Program-made: the position numbers and the translations under genes
NCBI GenBank assembly: GCA_964534175.1
Contig: CAZHNS010000008.1
Span: 8,779-72,778 of the forward strand
Length of the DNA: 64,000 nucleotides
Direction of reading: 5' to 3'
DNA from: an uncultured bacterium
Lineage (GTDB): Bacteria; Hydrothermota; UBA3072
Notes under the pieces: model-generated
Told to the model about the DNA's origin: nothing
The model's input: only the letters and a program-made list of their open reading frames with translations
The model's database searches: none
Shown here: positions 8,981 to 19,320 of the stretch, in pieces
How the letters are laid out: each line of letters opens with the position of its first letter
How positions within the stretch are numbered: the first letter of the stretch is position 1

Positions 8981-9508
8981 TTCATAACCTCCTTACATTT
9001 AAATTAAAATTAACTGTTAACTTTATTTAACTTTATTATTCTGTGATGGGTGATCTTCCATTGAAGTAAACATAAAAATACTACCTAGGCCTTCCCTCCT
9101 CCTTCCGATAAAGAAGAAAAGGCCTTACCTACCAAACTTTAATTTGACAGTTAAATGCATAATTACACCCCCATTTTTTTTGTTTTTTGTTTGACTTAAG
9201 ATTTCTTATTCTTCTGGATAACAGTATAACGAAATAAAATCCAATGTCAAGGGGTTTTTTTTGAAGCTCCGAGAAATCTTTTTTCATTATTAGGGTCAAA
9301 ATCGGCTGTAATGTAGTGCGAATTTTGGATGTTTTACATTGCTTCTAAATTTTTCTCCGCTTTTTAACGATAATCTATATCGTTCTCCATTGGCTCTCCC
9401 AAAATCAGGTTTTTTCCTCTGAATTTTTCGTTGTTAATTAAATTATATTCATATTTGTATGTTTTAAAGACGGAAAGATGATCCAAGTGTTTTAAATAAT
9501 TTTGCCCT

Positions 9509-9537
9509 TGACAAAAAATTCTCTTTTGTTATACTAC
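9509..9537 (+). promoter_or_regulatory. Candidate sigma70-type promoter ~260 nt upstream of the TonB-dependent receptor gene
   Basis: TTGACA, 16-nt spacer, TATACT, inside an ~800-bp AT-rich intergenic region. FCB-group promoters often use a different consensus, hence the low confidence. Confidence 0.3.
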
Positions 9538-9794
9538 AAAGTAATATTGAGTTCTATTTAATTAAGGTTAAAGATTAAAATGTTGTAAGGAAAAGGAAGA
9601 GGTTGTTATAAGGGATTGTTTGTATTTTATGTTATTTGTTATTTAGCCTGAGTTTTCAGGGGGGTATTAATAAAGTTGAATTTTTCTGTATCCGTAATAA
9701 AGTTTATAATTCAGAATAAGAGAAGTGACGTATGTTTTATGTTTCAGTCTTCGGTTTTAACCCGATTTGTAAACCCTAAAGAAAGGAGGCTTTA

Positions 9795-12700
9795 ATGAAA
9801 AGTACGAGAAGGGGAAGAGAATTGTTACCCAGGTGGGTTATAGGAGGAGTGCTGCTTATTTTGTCTTTACTTGCCTTTAATCCAAGCGCGAAAGCCGCAG
9901 TTACAGGAAAAATTGCGGGTGTTGTTATCGATGCCGAAACAGGTGAACCTTTACCCGGAGCTAATGTCGTAATCGAGGGTACTACTATGGGAGCTGCGGC
10001 TGACCCAAACGGATATTTTTTCATAATAAGAGTGTCCCCCGGTGATTATAATGTACAGGCCCGGATGATGGGTTTCGAAAGTGTTACCCAGACCGATGTT
10101 GAGGTAACCGCGGATCACACTACGCAGCTCAGGTTTATGCTAAGACCCGCCGTTATTCCCGGGGAAGGTGTTACCGTGAAAGCTGAGGCGGAAGTCATAA
10201 AAATGGATGTTTCGTCTTCCGCTATTTCCGCGAAAAGCGATGACATAGAAGCTGTTCCGTTTGTCGATGAGATTGGAGATTATATTAATCGACAGGCTGG
10301 GATTCAAGGTTGGAATGTGCGTGGAGGAGGTTTAGACCAGGTTGGTTTTATGACTGATGGTTTAAATTTAGTCGATGGTCGAACAAATAATCCAGCTTTG
10401 ATGCCGCCTTTAAGTATGATAAAAGAATTAAATGTAATTAAAGGTGGGTTTGCTGCCGAGTATGGTAATCTCCGGTCAGGTTTGATAAATATTATAACCA
10501 GAGAACCTGACAATTATTATCATGGATCGGTAAATTTTCGATATAGTCCCCCTCAGTTGAAGCACCGTAGTGCTTCTGTTTATGATACGACACATTATTG
10601 GATGAGAGCTTTTGTCATACAGGAAGATAGTCTTTGCTGGATCGGGACAAGAGGTATAAGAGATAGACAGCGCGGCGCTGAAGATTTGGCAGAAGACGCT
10701 CTGGATGCTGGAGACACAACTCTATTCGAACATTATGATAGTATATATAATTACTATACTGACCTTATGGCTCACAATAGAAAGTTTGATGGGTGGGTTA
10801 GAGTCGCGGAAGGAGACACCTCGGTGACCCCTGAGATGCTTCGTGAGCAGTTTATTTGGACGCACAGATTAATGGGAGCTGATGAGCTGGTTCCCGAGGG
10901 CTATGATGGTTCCGACAGAATGGCTGAGTATGGTGATCAACCAGACTGGAACGTAGATGCTGGTCTTGGAGGCCCGGTCCCTGTAATCGGTGGATTTTTA
11001 GGGGATCTGGGTTTTTATATCTCGCACAGACAGAACAGGGAGGCGTTTGCCCTTCCTTCAAGTAAAGATTATTATGTTGAACAAAACACAATGTTGAAGT
11101 TGGTTTCCCATATCACACAGTCTATAAAGTTAAGCTTGGATATGATGTATGGTGAGCAGAACACTCTGTCAGCTAGCTCAAACGGAGAGCTCGGTGCAGA
11201 AGGCAGTCCTTATGGTCTTAATTTGCAACCGGGAGACCTCGGACCCCAGTTTGTCGATTATGTTCAAGGTACAGGTTATGTTTCCGGAGCAGGTGGAATT
11301 TATCTTGCTAGCGGTAATGATGCATTCAGGAGTGAGTTGGCTTCCATGAATGCGGCATATTATCCTGCTTTTATACCCGCGTATGATATTTATAACAATA
11401 TGCAGGGTATAACTTTTGACCATGGTTTAAGTGATAAAACCTTCTATACGATCAGGATTTCTCATTTGAGTAACAAGAGGTATTGCGGCGCGTATGAAAC
11501 ATTTGAACCCAGGGATACTGCAACGAGATATACGTTGCCGAGTGGAATACAGGTTACTGAAATCCCGTACGGTTATTATATAGATGGAGCTCTCGTGCAG
11601 CCGGACGAATCTTGGATGGGGGCGCATTGCGCCGGAGCGGTTGATAAATCAAAATCGCAAACATGGGATTTTAAAGTTGACTTAACGAACCAGCTTAATG
11701 CTCACAATGAGGTAAAACTTGGTCTTGAATACAACTACGCCAACATGAGTACTTACTATGAAAAAAACAGATGGGAGTCTACTCATGAAAATTGGGTTAA
11801 TGAGTGGGAAGCAAGTCCCATGAGAGGTGGCGCGTATATTCAGGATAAAATTGAATTTGAAGGAATTATTGCGACTGTCGGCGTAAGAGCTGATTGGAAT
11901 AATCCAAATATAAATTGGTTCCCGTTAGGCACTTATGATGTTTACTATACGGGTGGAATCATAAGCTCACTGGGCAGAGATGGTGTACTTGAAGTGGGTG
12001 CAACAGAGCCAGCCACGGGTCATTTGAAAATATCTCCTCGTTTTGGGATTTCGCATCCTATATCAGAAAATGCTAAATTGTATTTTAATTACGGCGATTT
12101 TTATTCCTTGCCCGCTTCTTATAATATGTATCAGATCTTCTGGGCTCCATCGCGCTTTGGTATTCGGTATCTGGGTGATCCGTCGCTGGATTGGCCTCTT
12201 ACGAGAGCTTACGAGTTAGGTACGGACTGGAGTGTTGGGGATATGTTTAGACTTCACATTGCGGGTTATTACAAGGATGTTACAAATCAGCTTGCATCTG
12301 TAACATATCAAAACGATGATTTAACGGTGCAGTACAGCGTGCCTGAAAACTTAAACTACGAGGATATTCGTGGTATAGACTTTAGAATAAGTAAAGATTT
12401 TGGAGATTGGGTTAAAGGCTGGTTGAATTATGACTACAGAGTAAGAAGTTATGGTAATACGGGTAAACAAACGCACTACGAGTACTTGCTTGATGAAGCG
12501 CAACATGGTGCGTGGGATACTCTGGAGTACACGCCTCGTAGTCAGCCGATATTACAGGCTAATATTCAATTTCTGACTCCTGAAGATTTAGGTATGCTCC
12601 TTGGCGACATTTCTTTAAGTTTTAACTATACCTGGGAGGCAGGTGCATATTCGACCTACGATCCATTGGACGAAGATCTCTTTTTAAATATGCAATGGAA

Positions 12701-13037
12701 ACCCTGGAGAAATATCCAGGCAAGAATCCAGAAAAGGATAAGTCTTGTCGGTGCAAATCTCAGCATTTTTGCTGAGGTAAACAATCTTTTTGATTGGAAA
12801 TATTTAGACGTGGGTTCTGGTTGTTTCGTTGATGATGATGACGAAGATTCATATTACACTTCGCTTAAGTTACCCCTGTACGGAGAAGAAGGTTATGAAG
12901 AAATTGGAGAGGTCGGGGATGACCAGTTTGGTGATGTCAACAGTGAAGATAAGCCATATATTGATGATCCCGAGTTGGCGCATCTTGCATTCCACAACCC
13001 TCGTTCTTTCGTTTTTGGATTGAAAGTTGATTTTTAG
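9795..13037 (+). CDS. TonB-dependent outer-membrane receptor (CarboxypepD_reg-like N-domain + plug + beta-barrel), SusC/RagA-like
   Basis: Signal peptide. Carboxypeptidase-regulatory-like domain (GKIAGVVIDAETGEPLPGANVVIEGTTMGAAADPNGYFFI). Plug region (TDGLNLVDGRTNNPAL). Long barrel. C-terminal terminal Phe (FVFGLKVDF). Confidence 0.8.
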   Translation: MKSTRRGRELLPRWVIGGVLLILSLLAFNPSAKAAVTGKIAGVVIDAETGEPLPGANVVIEGTTMGAAADPNGYFFIIRVSPGDYNVQARMMGFESVTQTDVEVTADHTTQLRFMLRPAVIPGEGVTVKAEAEVIKMDVSSSAISAKSDDIEAVPFVDEIGDYINRQAGIQGWNVRGGGLDQVGFMTDGLNLVDGRTNNPALMPPLSMIKELNVIKGGFAAEYGNLRSGLINIITREPDNYYHGSVNFRYSPPQLKHRSASVYDTTHYWMRAFVIQEDSLCWIGTRGIRDRQRGAEDLAEDALDAGDTTLFEHYDSIYNYYTDLMAHNRKFDGWVRVAEGDTSVTPEMLREQFIWTHRLMGADELVPEGYDGSDRMAEYGDQPDWNVDAGLGGPVPVIGGFLGDLGFYISHRQNREAFALPSSKDYYVEQNTMLKLVSHITQSIKLSLDMMYGEQNTLSASSNGELGAEGSPYGLNLQPGDLGPQFVDYVQGTGYVSGAGGIYLASGNDAFRSELASMNAAYYPAFIPAYDIYNNMQGITFDHGLSDKTFYTIRISHLSNKRYCGAYETFEPRDTATRYTLPSGIQVTEIPYGYYIDGALVQPDESWMGAHCAGAVDKSKSQTWDFKVDLTNQLNAHNEVKLGLEYNYANMSTYYEKNRWESTHENWVNEWEASPMRGGAYIQDKIEFEGIIATVGVRADWNNPNINWFPLGTYDVYYTGGIISSLGRDGVLEVGATEPATGHLKISPRFGISHPISENAKLYFNYGDFYSLPASYNMYQIFWAPSRFGIRYLGDPSLDWPLTRAYELGTDWSVGDMFRLHIAGYYKDVTNQLASVTYQNDDLTVQYSVPENLNYEDIRGIDFRISKDFGDWVKGWLNYDYRVRSYGNTGKQTHYEYLLDEAQHGAWDTLEYTPRSQPILQANIQFLTPEDLGMLLGDISLSFNYTWEAGAYSTYDPLDEDLFLNMQWKPWRNIQARIQKRISLVGANLSIFAEVNNLFDWKYLDVGSGCFVDDDDEDSYYTSLKLPLYGEEGYEEIGEVGDDQFGDVNSEDKPYIDDPELAHLAFHNPRSFVFGLKVDF

Positions 13038-13067
13038 TATCAACCAAGAGGTAAGGAGGAAATTATA

Positions 13068-15455
13068 ATGAAGAAGTTTACTTGTTTATTTCTAATATTT
13101 GTCATTGTCACTTCACTTATCTCGCTGCCGGTCTTGGGTGCTCAGAAGTGGATTCGTCAATCAGAAATCCAACCGAAAATGACAGACGCTTTCGACCAGA
13201 GTGAGATAGCCTTTGGTAATTTCGACGCCACCTACTATTTTCACGGAGCGAGGGATGAAGCAAATAATTATAATGATGGCTGGATACGGAACTGGCTCCG
13301 GAATGCGGGTTCCAGGTGGGGTTGCAGGAATTGGTATGACCCTATAGGTGATTCTATTATGCCTATTAGATTGGGTGGTGCACCTTACGGTACAGCAGAT
13401 GCGAGCACAGTGCAGTTCGCCGTACCGGATTCACTTGGTGTAACTATCCATAAGTACTACAGGTTCCATCCTCCATCCATTATAGTTGATGGTATTCCTC
13501 TGCAAAGACCTTCGGGAATTGGAGATGAGTACGCTCCGGATAAAGTCTTGGGGACTGCTGATGTGATGGTGGAGGGACATGCAAGGAACTGGATGGGACT
13601 GGATATTTATTATAGATTGTTAAGCTGGGTTTCCAAACATCATAATCAGTATATAGTTTATGACATAACAGCTGTAAATTCAGGAAACATCGATATGGAC
13701 GAAGAAATTGAAAGAGAGGGTGAGTCATTAGATAGTTTATACTTTATGAGACAGCTTGAAATGATGCCTAATGATGGAGCCGAGACAAAATCAGAGTGGT
13801 ATACATGGACCGGCGTTTATCCCGATTGGGACGAGCCGAGAGATTCTGTGCGTTGTCTTATCTCATACCCTGCTATCGAGTGGGAAAGGGGAGGAGGTGC
13901 CCCCTGGAAAGGTGATCCTCTTGGTTGTTACCTCTGGGAACGTGATTATTTGGATGATCCTTGTTCCGGTGGTGAGGTTACGCTCTATGTTCCTACATCC
14001 TCTGATGTAGCCATGGGACCTGGTTCGGACCCAATTAATCCGGAGAATCATCCGGAAACTGACGATGTAACCCAGCCGGTGTCACACGGTAATTGGGGCC
14101 CTGATGATTTTGAATATAAACACCATTCCGGTCTTCGTCCGATAACAGGTTCGGATAGTTGGGAAACATGCTATGATGCTATGAAATGGGGAGAAAAAGC
14201 CGATCCCGATTATACTGACTATGTGGATTGGATGACGGGGACTTACCCGAACACCTATCATCCTGTACCACCCGATTTAAGAGGTTATGAGAGATGGAAC
14301 GATCTAAACCAGAATGGTTTGGTCTTCTGGCATGCAATGGCGCAGGCGGGTTATGGGCCTTTCCATCTTGACTATGGTGATTCTCTCAGAATAGTGTGGG
14401 CGCAGTGCGGAGGCCGACTTGATGCAAGAAGTTCGTGGGAACTTGGTCAAGCATGGAAAGATAGTACCATAACATTCGTTACCCAGAGCGGTGATACGCT
14501 CGATATAAATGATATAAGTATGACAGCTCCGTACCTGCCAAACCAGGCAGATACGATTCATATACCTCCAGTGTACAGAAATAATCCCTGGAGATGGCAG
14601 GATGATGGTTACGCGAACGACGCTGCCAACTTAATTAAAGATATGTGGGTTAATTCGACAGTAGATTCTGTTATAAGACATTCGATAAACGCTCAGTGGA
14701 ACTTCGACCATAATTATAAAATTCCAGTTCCGCCGCCGCCGCCTTCCATAGAGGTTACTTCCGGAGCCGACCAGATTAGAATCGACTGGCGGTATGATGA
14801 ACCGGCTGATATACCATCCGACCTTGCTGGATTCAAAGTATATCGTTCTGTAGGTAGCAGGGGGTTAGGTCCCTTAATTGACAATGATGGTATAGTTGGT
14901 GAGTGGGAAGTGATATATGATGCTGGTCCTAATGTAGAAACATTTAGTGATACTACAGCAGTTCGAGGTGGAGATTACTATTACTATGTTGCCGCGTATG
15001 ATGACGGGACTCACCCGGAAGCGGAAGAACCGAACGGAGTTACTGGTACTGCTCAGGTGCTCGAAAGTGGAAGATTCCAGAACTATACTTTTGGTGTAAT
15101 AGGTGCCGCTTCTCTTAAAAGACCAACTGGAGATTCGTTATCTCAGATTAGAGTGGTTCCGAATCCCTTTAATGCCGCTTCAAAGAATATGCAGTACGGT
15201 GGAGAATCGGATAAGATTAACTTCTTTGATTTGCCGGGAGATTGTACAATCAGAATTTACAACTTTTCAGGTGATTTGATAAAAACCATCGAGCATACAG
15301 ATGGTTCGGGAGACGAAGCCTGGGAGAATCCGACCGGTGAACAGTATCAGGTAACAGGAGCAGGTCAGCACGTTGTGAGTGGTCTCTATATTGCTAATAT
15401 TGTCGATAATGTAACTAACGAGAGTATAAACGTTAAGTTTGTCATAATAAGGTAG
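13068..15455 (+). CDS. Large secreted hypothetical protein with Fn3-like domain and C-terminal FlgD-Ig/T9SS-like sorting domain
   Basis: Signal peptide MKKFTCLFLIFVIVTSLISLPVLGA. W/Y/D-rich body with no recognised catalytic motif. PPPPPS linker followed by an Fn3-like segment (IRIDWRYDEP...GFKVYRS). C-terminus has VVPNPFN...IRIYNFSGDLIKTI...SGLYIANIV...KFVIIR. Confidence 0.6.
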   Translation: MKKFTCLFLIFVIVTSLISLPVLGAQKWIRQSEIQPKMTDAFDQSEIAFGNFDATYYFHGARDEANNYNDGWIRNWLRNAGSRWGCRNWYDPIGDSIMPIRLGGAPYGTADASTVQFAVPDSLGVTIHKYYRFHPPSIIVDGIPLQRPSGIGDEYAPDKVLGTADVMVEGHARNWMGLDIYYRLLSWVSKHHNQYIVYDITAVNSGNIDMDEEIEREGESLDSLYFMRQLEMMPNDGAETKSEWYTWTGVYPDWDEPRDSVRCLISYPAIEWERGGGAPWKGDPLGCYLWERDYLDDPCSGGEVTLYVPTSSDVAMGPGSDPINPENHPETDDVTQPVSHGNWGPDDFEYKHHSGLRPITGSDSWETCYDAMKWGEKADPDYTDYVDWMTGTYPNTYHPVPPDLRGYERWNDLNQNGLVFWHAMAQAGYGPFHLDYGDSLRIVWAQCGGRLDARSSWELGQAWKDSTITFVTQSGDTLDINDISMTAPYLPNQADTIHIPPVYRNNPWRWQDDGYANDAANLIKDMWVNSTVDSVIRHSINAQWNFDHNYKIPVPPPPPSIEVTSGADQIRIDWRYDEPADIPSDLAGFKVYRSVGSRGLGPLIDNDGIVGEWEVIYDAGPNVETFSDTTAVRGGDYYYYVAAYDDGTHPEAEEPNGVTGTAQVLESGRFQNYTFGVIGAASLKRPTGDSLSQIRVVPNPFNAASKNMQYGGESDKINFFDLPGDCTIRIYNFSGDLIKTIEHTDGSGDEAWENPTGEQYQVTGAGQHVVSGLYIANIVDNVTNESINVKFVIIR

Positions 15456-15463
15456 GTGGGAAG

Positions 15464-16486
15464 ATGAGAAAGCTTATTATAATACTTCATTTAGTACTCT
15501 TACTCCCTGTTTACTCTTTATACGGTCAGGAGGAAGATCAGGTGACGAAAGCCGGGAAGGCAGGTTTCAAATTTATGGACGTTGAAGTGAGTGCCAGAGC
15601 TGCGGGAATGGCTGAGGCATTTACCTTAATAGGGGATGATGCCAATGCCATTTTTCATAACCCTGCTGGTATTGCTCAGATGGAGGATAAGCAGGTTGAT
15701 TTGCTACTTTGTAAAGTAAATTGGATTGCCGAAACTTCGGTAGATGCTCTTGGCTTGGTTGCGAATCTTGGCACCTGGGGCAATGTTGGTGTTAGTATAC
15801 TTAATACCAATTATGGAGATGATATTTATGGTACTATTATAGATGAGGACACAGCGAGTGGATATAGAGAGACGGGACCTTTAGATATTGGTTCATATGC
15901 CGTGGGTGTTTCGTATGCTCGCAGATTGACTGATAAGTTTATGATTGGAGGTAATGCCAGATACTCATACGAGCATTTGGGAGAAAGCATGTTTGCTAGT
16001 AATATCGATAGAGATTCTACCTGGTTAGAGGAAAACGAGACGAATACAATTGTTTATGATATTGGAACTATCTTTTATACAGGTTTTGAAAGCCTTAGAG
16101 TTGGAATGTCCATTGTTAATTTCTCCCCCGCTCTGCGGTATGAATATACCGAAGGTAGTACTAATTCGTTCGAGTTACCCCTGACCTTTAGAATGGGTGC
16201 TGCTATGGATATTCTGGACCTTCTTGGAGAGCATCCGAATTATTCCTTCCTGGTGGATTTTGAGCTTATTCATCCCCGGGATTTTGCGAAAAGGTATCAT
16301 CTGGGAGGAGAGTTAACTCTATTGGATATACTTAAACTGAGAGCAGGTTACAAGTTCGGATACGACGAAGAAGGAGTTGCTTTTGGCGCTGGTATTAATA
16401 CAGGTAATGTCAAAGTGGATTACGCCTATAGTGAGTTCGGCGTGTTTGATCTTGTAAACAGGTTTTCACTCAGTCTTGCTTTCTGA
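15464..16486 (+). CDS. Outer-membrane beta-barrel protein, PorV/PorQ-like (FadL-fold) family; likely cognate OM partner of the upstream CTD protein
   Basis: Signal peptide. N-terminal motif FKFMDVEVSARAAGMAEAFTLIGDDANAIFHNPAGIA. Alternating amphipathic strands. C-terminal FSLSLAF. The gene begins 8 nt after the cargo-like gene. Confidence 0.45.
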   Translation: MRKLIIILHLVLLLPVYSLYGQEEDQVTKAGKAGFKFMDVEVSARAAGMAEAFTLIGDDANAIFHNPAGIAQMEDKQVDLLLCKVNWIAETSVDALGLVANLGTWGNVGVSILNTNYGDDIYGTIIDEDTASGYRETGPLDIGSYAVGVSYARRLTDKFMIGGNARYSYEHLGESMFASNIDRDSTWLEENETNTIVYDIGTIFYTGFESLRVGMSIVNFSPALRYEYTEGSTNSFELPLTFRMGAAMDILDLLGEHPNYSFLVDFELIHPRDFAKRYHLGGELTLLDILKLRAGYKFGYDEEGVAFGAGINTGNVKVDYAYSEFGVFDLVNRFSLSLAF

Positions 16487-16518
16487 GGAGTTAGATAAAG
16501 AATAAAGAGTGAAGAAAA

Positions 16519-16566
16519 CACAAGAGCTATAAGCGGCCATGGCCGCTTATAGCTCTTGTGTTTTTA
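16519..16566 (+). terminator. Strong intrinsic terminator formed by a perfect 40-bp palindrome
   Basis: ACAAGAGCTATAAGCGGCcatgGCCGCTTATAGCTCTTGT (18-bp arms) followed by GTTTTTATATT. Confidence 0.75.
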
Positions 16567-16625
16567 TATTAGGACTTGCCATATTTCTTTCCTTTCATAT
16601 ATTAAAAAAAATTATGGGAGGTAAA

Positions 16626-17768
16626 ATGAAGTTATTCTTATTCGTTTTCTCGTTTACTTTAACAATAATTTTATTTATAAGCGGATGTGCCGGAGATGAA
16701 GGTGTTTATAAGTACTACCGAAAGGTCGCCGTTGACGGTGGATACTCTATTATAGGTGAGTATCCGCTGGGTCCCGAGTTGGGAAATAAGGGAGAATCAT
16801 ATCGTTTTTTCTATAATAATGAGGGAAAGCTTACAAAAGTAGATCATCTAGTAGGAGGAAAACTTAAAGAAGGGTCTTTTTTTGGAAATGATGTTGCCAG
16901 GGTAATTATCGAACGTTTAGAGGTATATGAAAAAAGGTCATACTTTGACGCAAATGATATTCCCGTTAGAGATAAATACGGGGTTTTTTCCACAAGTATA
17001 CTGTTTGATGAAAACAATAACCCGCTCTCTAAGTTGAATTACGCTAAATATGATGAATTCGCAGAGGATATTTATGGTGTGGCGCAGTACTCATTTACTA
17101 CTAATGAGAAAGGGTTGGTAGAAAAGGTTATTTTTTATGATTTTTCCGGAAAAAGAATAACAAGCCAAGAGGGTGGTTTTGAAACGTGTTTTACTTATGA
17201 CGAAAACGGATATTTTTTTGAACGAAGTTATTTTGATTCCAGAGGAAACTTGAGGGAAAACAAAGATGGTGTTGCTGTACTACGAAGGAAGTTTGATGAT
17301 AAGGGAAATATAGTAGAAATAAGATACTTCAATGCTAAAGATAAATTAACAGAGGCGGGAGGTGGGGTTGCCATTATACAGCAGAAATTCGATGAAGATG
17401 GTAATATTATCGAATCGGGATATTTGGGCAAAAATGAAAAATTGAAGGAAAATAATATGGGTGTTGCTATTATGCGGTGTAAGTTTGACGCTTACGGAAA
17501 TATAGTGGAGCAGAAATATTATGACTCATCTGATGAGCTTACGGAGGGAGAATTTTATGGATTCGCTATCAGGCAGTGGGAATATAATGAAGATGGGTTG
17601 TTAGTGGAGACAAGGTTCTTAGATGTTAATGGAAATTTGACAGACGTTATAAACGAGGAAACGGCAATATTACGAATGAAGTACGATGCGGATGGAGATC
17701 TCGAGCAAGTTTTACGTTTTAATAAAGATGGCAACCCATTGGAAGATTCCTTGACAAACGTTCCCTAA
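16626..17768 (+). CDS. Lipoprotein with ~12 tandem ~24-aa MORN/YwqK-like repeats
   Basis: The ORF track start (16539) lies inside the terminator hairpin. GGAGG precedes the internal ATG (MKLFLFVFSFTLTIILFISGC, lipobox). Repeat unit example: YFDxxGNLxExKDGVAVLRRKFDDKGNIVEIRY. Confidence 0.6.
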   Translation: MKLFLFVFSFTLTIILFISGCAGDEGVYKYYRKVAVDGGYSIIGEYPLGPELGNKGESYRFFYNNEGKLTKVDHLVGGKLKEGSFFGNDVARVIIERLEVYEKRSYFDANDIPVRDKYGVFSTSILFDENNNPLSKLNYAKYDEFAEDIYGVAQYSFTTNEKGLVEKVIFYDFSGKRITSQEGGFETCFTYDENGYFFERSYFDSRGNLRENKDGVAVLRRKFDDKGNIVEIRYFNAKDKLTEAGGGVAIIQQKFDEDGNIIESGYLGKNEKLKENNMGVAIMRCKFDAYGNIVEQKYYDSSDELTEGEFYGFAIRQWEYNEDGLLVETRFLDVNGNLTDVINEETAILRMKYDADGDLEQVLRFNKDGNPLEDSLTNVP

Positions 17769-17786
17769 GTTTTCAGGAAGATAATA

Positions 17787-18989
17787 CTAAATTTTTTCAA
17801 GCCTATTCATTATTTCTAGACATCCTCTTGTGTTGTGATAGGGCGCTTTCCATGGACCTACTTTGTTTTCTTCTGATAGGTAAGGCTCGCCTTTTCTGTT
17901 TACCCTGAAAAACCATTCTCCTTTTTTCCTGTCCACAATGTGCTTTTTCACAAAATTCCAGCAATTGGAAGAAGCTTCAAGGAATCTTTTTTCATTAGAT
18001 ATTTGAAAGGCATTTAGAAATCCGACCATGGCTTCTATCTGAGGCCACCAATGTTTATCTGTATCGAGCACTCCATTTGTGTTTCCATCGTTCATTATAC
18101 CTCCGTCGCTATCCACCCCTTCTTCTAAGGTAATATTTGCTAATCTAAGGGAAGCTTCTTTTATCTTTTCTATCAGGGTTTCATCATTTGTTAACTCGGT
18201 AGCCTTATAGAGAAGCCAACTTCCTTCTATATCGTGTCCGTATGAGAAAATGTCTGATTTTAAATTCCAGAGATCGTCAAAGAAAAGATTAAAATGTCCT
18301 GTTTTTGAGTCAATTATTTTATTTAGAAAGATATTAATCAATAGTTTTAATTGTTTTTCTAATTTTTCGTTTTCCCATATTCTCAGGAAATTTGTGTACC
18401 CTTCAAGTACATGTAGATGTGTATTCATAGTTTTATTTTCGTTTTTGTCTTTATCGCTCAATCGGACATCTTCTATAGGATTCCATTCACGATCACAAGC
18501 TTCAAAATAACCGGGGTATTCAGGATCAAAACTATGTTTTTCTATCAATTCAAAAATATCAATTGCCCAGTCTATAGCTTTCCTGTTGCCGGAGATTTTG
18601 TAATATTCAGCTAAAGCATAGATACAAAAAGCCTGAGCATAGATTTGTTTTTTCATGTCAATTGGTTGCCCTTTATAATCAAGCAGCCAGAAAATTCCCC
18701 CTTTTTCATCGTCACTAAAATATCTTACTATATATTGGTATGCACGTTCGGCTAATTCGAGATATCTTTTTTCTTTAAATTTTTCATATAGAGCAGAATA
18801 GGTCCAGAGTATTCTTGTGTTTAATACTGCCGATTTTGGATAATCCTTGATTATTTCTCCGTTGTTTAAAATCCTGCCTAAAAACCCTCCGTTCTCTTTG
18901 TCGACAGTTTTATCCCAGAAAGGAAGAATATTATTTTTAAGTTCAGTTTCGATTTCTTTATAGTATTTTCTAATATCCATAATTTGCAT
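17787..18989 (-). CDS. N-acylglucosamine 2-epimerase (AGE) superfamily protein (cellobiose 2-epimerase / YihS-like)
   Basis: (alpha/alpha)6-barrel signature with repeated aromatic/acidic motifs: KQIYAQAFCIYALAEYYKISGN, GGFLGRI, HLHVLEGYTNF. Confidence 0.75.
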   Translation of the reverse strand: MQIMDIRKYYKEIETELKNNILPFWDKTVDKENGGFLGRILNNGEIIKDYPKSAVLNTRILWTYSALYEKFKEKRYLELAERAYQYIVRYFSDDEKGGIFWLLDYKGQPIDMKKQIYAQAFCIYALAEYYKISGNRKAIDWAIDIFELIEKHSFDPEYPGYFEACDREWNPIEDVRLSDKDKNENKTMNTHLHVLEGYTNFLRIWENEKLEKQLKLLINIFLNKIIDSKTGHFNLFFDDLWNLKSDIFSYGHDIEGSWLLYKATELTNDETLIEKIKEASLRLANITLEEGVDSDGGIMNDGNTNGVLDTDKHWWPQIEAMVGFLNAFQISNEKRFLEASSNCWNFVKKHIVDRKKGEWFFRVNRKGEPYLSEENKVGPWKAPYHNTRGCLEIMNRLEKI

Positions 18990-19320
18990 CCATTAATTAT
19001 ATCTTATTTAAAGATTCTTTCGGGATTTGTCAAGGTTATTTTAGCCACGAAGTCACTAAGAGTAGAATGAGTCCAAAGTCAAAACTTAATCCCAACCCCT
19101 AAATCCAAAATCCTAAATTTAAACCTCATATTACACAGATTGTCACGAGACTTTTTATTTTTAACCACAAAACACACTAAATTTTTATTATATTTTTAAA
19201 ATCTGTTCTCGACATCCAAATTATTCTTACACGGAACTCCTAAACCATTAGATCGTTGGGTCGTTGGAATAGTAAGGAGGTAAAGTTCCCTAACCAACGA
19301 ACCCACGACCCAATGGAATG

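Noticed and set aside
16539-16625. ORF-track start of the MORN-repeat lipoprotein at 16539
   Set aside because: It lies inside the 40-bp palindromic terminator of the upstream gene. The RBS-supported ATG at 16626 gives a proper lipoprotein signal.
19240-19320. Imperfect inverted repeat (CCATTAGATCGTTGGGTCGTTGG ... CCAACGAACCCACGACCCAATGG) downstream of lipoprotein gene 19321..20154
   Set aside because: The arms contain several mismatches and there is no adjacent T-run on the relevant strand. It is not convincing as a terminator or tRNA-like element.
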